Shown piece by piece: positions 62,601 to 64,000 of a stretch of 64,000 nucleotides of DNA (within the stretch, counting starts at the first letter, position 1; each line of letters begins with the position of its first letter). The position numbers were made by a program, and so were the translations under genes. The stretch covers positions 14,074,001 through 14,138,000 of the forward strand of contig JBHGNT010000014.1 of NCBI GenBank assembly GCA_043228905.1, in the 5' to 3' direction. This stretch comes from Azolla caroliniana (taxonomy: Eukaryota > Plantae > Polypodiophyta). Below the pieces are notes generated by a model. That model searched no databases. It worked only from the letters and a program-made list of their open reading frames with translations, and was not told the DNA's origin.

Positions 62601-64000
62601 CATTCGTGTGCCGCTATGGAGGAAGAGATGCGGGCACTTGATGCCAACGACACATGGGACCTTGTCGACCCTCCCCAACGCTGTAAACCGATCGGATGTA
62701 AGTTGGTGTACAAGGTAAAGTACAACGCTGACGGTTCAGTTAACCGGTACAAGGCCCAGTTAGTGGCGAAGGGATACGCGTAGACCCACGGAATCCATTA
62801 TGACGAGACATTCACTCGAGTAGTGAAGATGACGACGGTTCGTGTGCTGCTAGCGATTGTTGCGGCAAAGGAGTGGCATCTTCACCAGATGGACGTGAAG
62901 AATGCATTTCTTCAAGGAGATCTAGAAGAAGAGTTCTTTATGACCCAACCTCCCGGTTTTCAGTCGGAGATGAACAAGTCGGTTGTATGTCGGCTGAAGA
63001 AGTCACTTTATGGCCTAAAGCAAGCCCCCTGAGCGTGGAATGCGAAGATTACGCACCCGTTGCGTAAGTTGGGGTTTGCGGCCTCCAAGTCCAACTCTTC
63101 GTTTTTCATCCGACAAGGTCCGGACAGTTCGGTTTGCATCTTGCTGTATGTTGATGATCTAGTCATCATCGGACCTGGACGCGATGAAATCAGCCGAGTC
63201 AAGTCCCAACTGTCGGACGCATTTGAGATGAAGGACCTGGGGGACCTTCACTATTTCCTTGGGATCGAGGTGATCCGAACCCCCGATGGGATATTGGTCT
63301 CACAAAGACACTATGTGTTTTGGTCTCACAAAGACACTATGTGTTGAATATGTTGTACAAGTTCAGCATGACGGAATGCCACCCTATTTCTACACCCTTG
63401 GACCGACAACAGAAGCTCTGTCCCAACTCTGGACCGGCCTACGATGATAAACAATTCCGACTAATCGTCGGAAGCCCTATATATCTGACAATCACCCAAC
63501 CTGACATCAGTTATCCGGTCGGCGTGATCAGTCAATATATGCAGAAGCCAACTGTGGAGCACCTTCTGTGCGCGCATCTAATTTTGCAATATGTGAGCGG
63601 CACGAAGGACCGGGGACTATTATACCGGTGAGGTATAATGGAAGAGCTAGTCGGTTACACGGATGCCGATTGGGTCAGCGATGCGTCAAATCACAGATCA
63701 ACTTCCGGTTACATGTTTTCCCTTGGTAGCGCGACTATTGCATGGAGTAGGAAAAAGTAGCCCATTGTGGCTCTGTCAAGCACTGAGGCTGAGTATCGAG
63801 GTGCTACCGTCGCTAATTGTGAAGCCATTTGGCTTCGACGACTGCTACAAGACTTGTGGATCAAGGTGCCGACCCCGATCCTGATCTACTGCGACAATAT
63901 GAGCAGCATGCAACTCGCCAAGAACCCCGTATTCCATGCCCACACAAAACACATAGAAGTGCACTATCACTTCGTGCGTGAGCATATCCTAAGCGGTGAA
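59683..64000 (+). mobile_element. Element H: degenerate Ty1/Copia running off the right edge of the window
   Basis: LTR 59683-60041 (TG...CA); PBS TGGTATCAGAGCGC at 60042; gag from 60151, WYVDSGASNHM, INT, YVDD, RH (HTKHIEVHYHFVRE); internal deletions and a 26-bp duplication at 63294-63345. Confidence 0.93.

Overview
Eukaryotic, land-plant-type repeat DNA with no intact host gene. The plant-specific P3 and IQD gene remnants and the tRNA-iMet PBSs indicate a plant; the RTEX-like LINE and Sola-like transposase hint at a non-angiosperm such as a fern (inference). The window is a stack of nested transposons. Two related non-chromoviral Ty3/Gypsy elements lie on the minus strand: A (3315-12759) and C (18594-34043). 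A triple nest has plus-strand Gypsy B (14711-34981) containing C, which contains near-intact Copia D (26462-31793). There is also a full-length two-ORF LINE (~37987-43350), two copies of a hAT MITE, a degenerate Sola-like transposase, a chromovirus F nested in Copia E, and further Copia copies G and H. The most notable signal: A and C have no polypurine tract. In its place, 2 nt from the 3' LTR, is a second, antisense tRNA-Arg primer-binding site, suggesting tRNA priming of both DNA strands. Both elements also carry a roughly 900-1000-aa non-envelope extra ORF with a candidate internal promoter. Other highlights: LINE ORF2 has no AUG and is in frame with ORF1 behind a single leaky-context UGA-CGG stop; Gypsy B looks animal-like (tRNA-Ala PBS, 4-bp TSD, -1 frameshift signal); and there is a cluster of co-oriented host gene fragments. 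Coordinates and mismatch counts were read by eye; family names and tRNA matches come from remembered motifs, not database searches.
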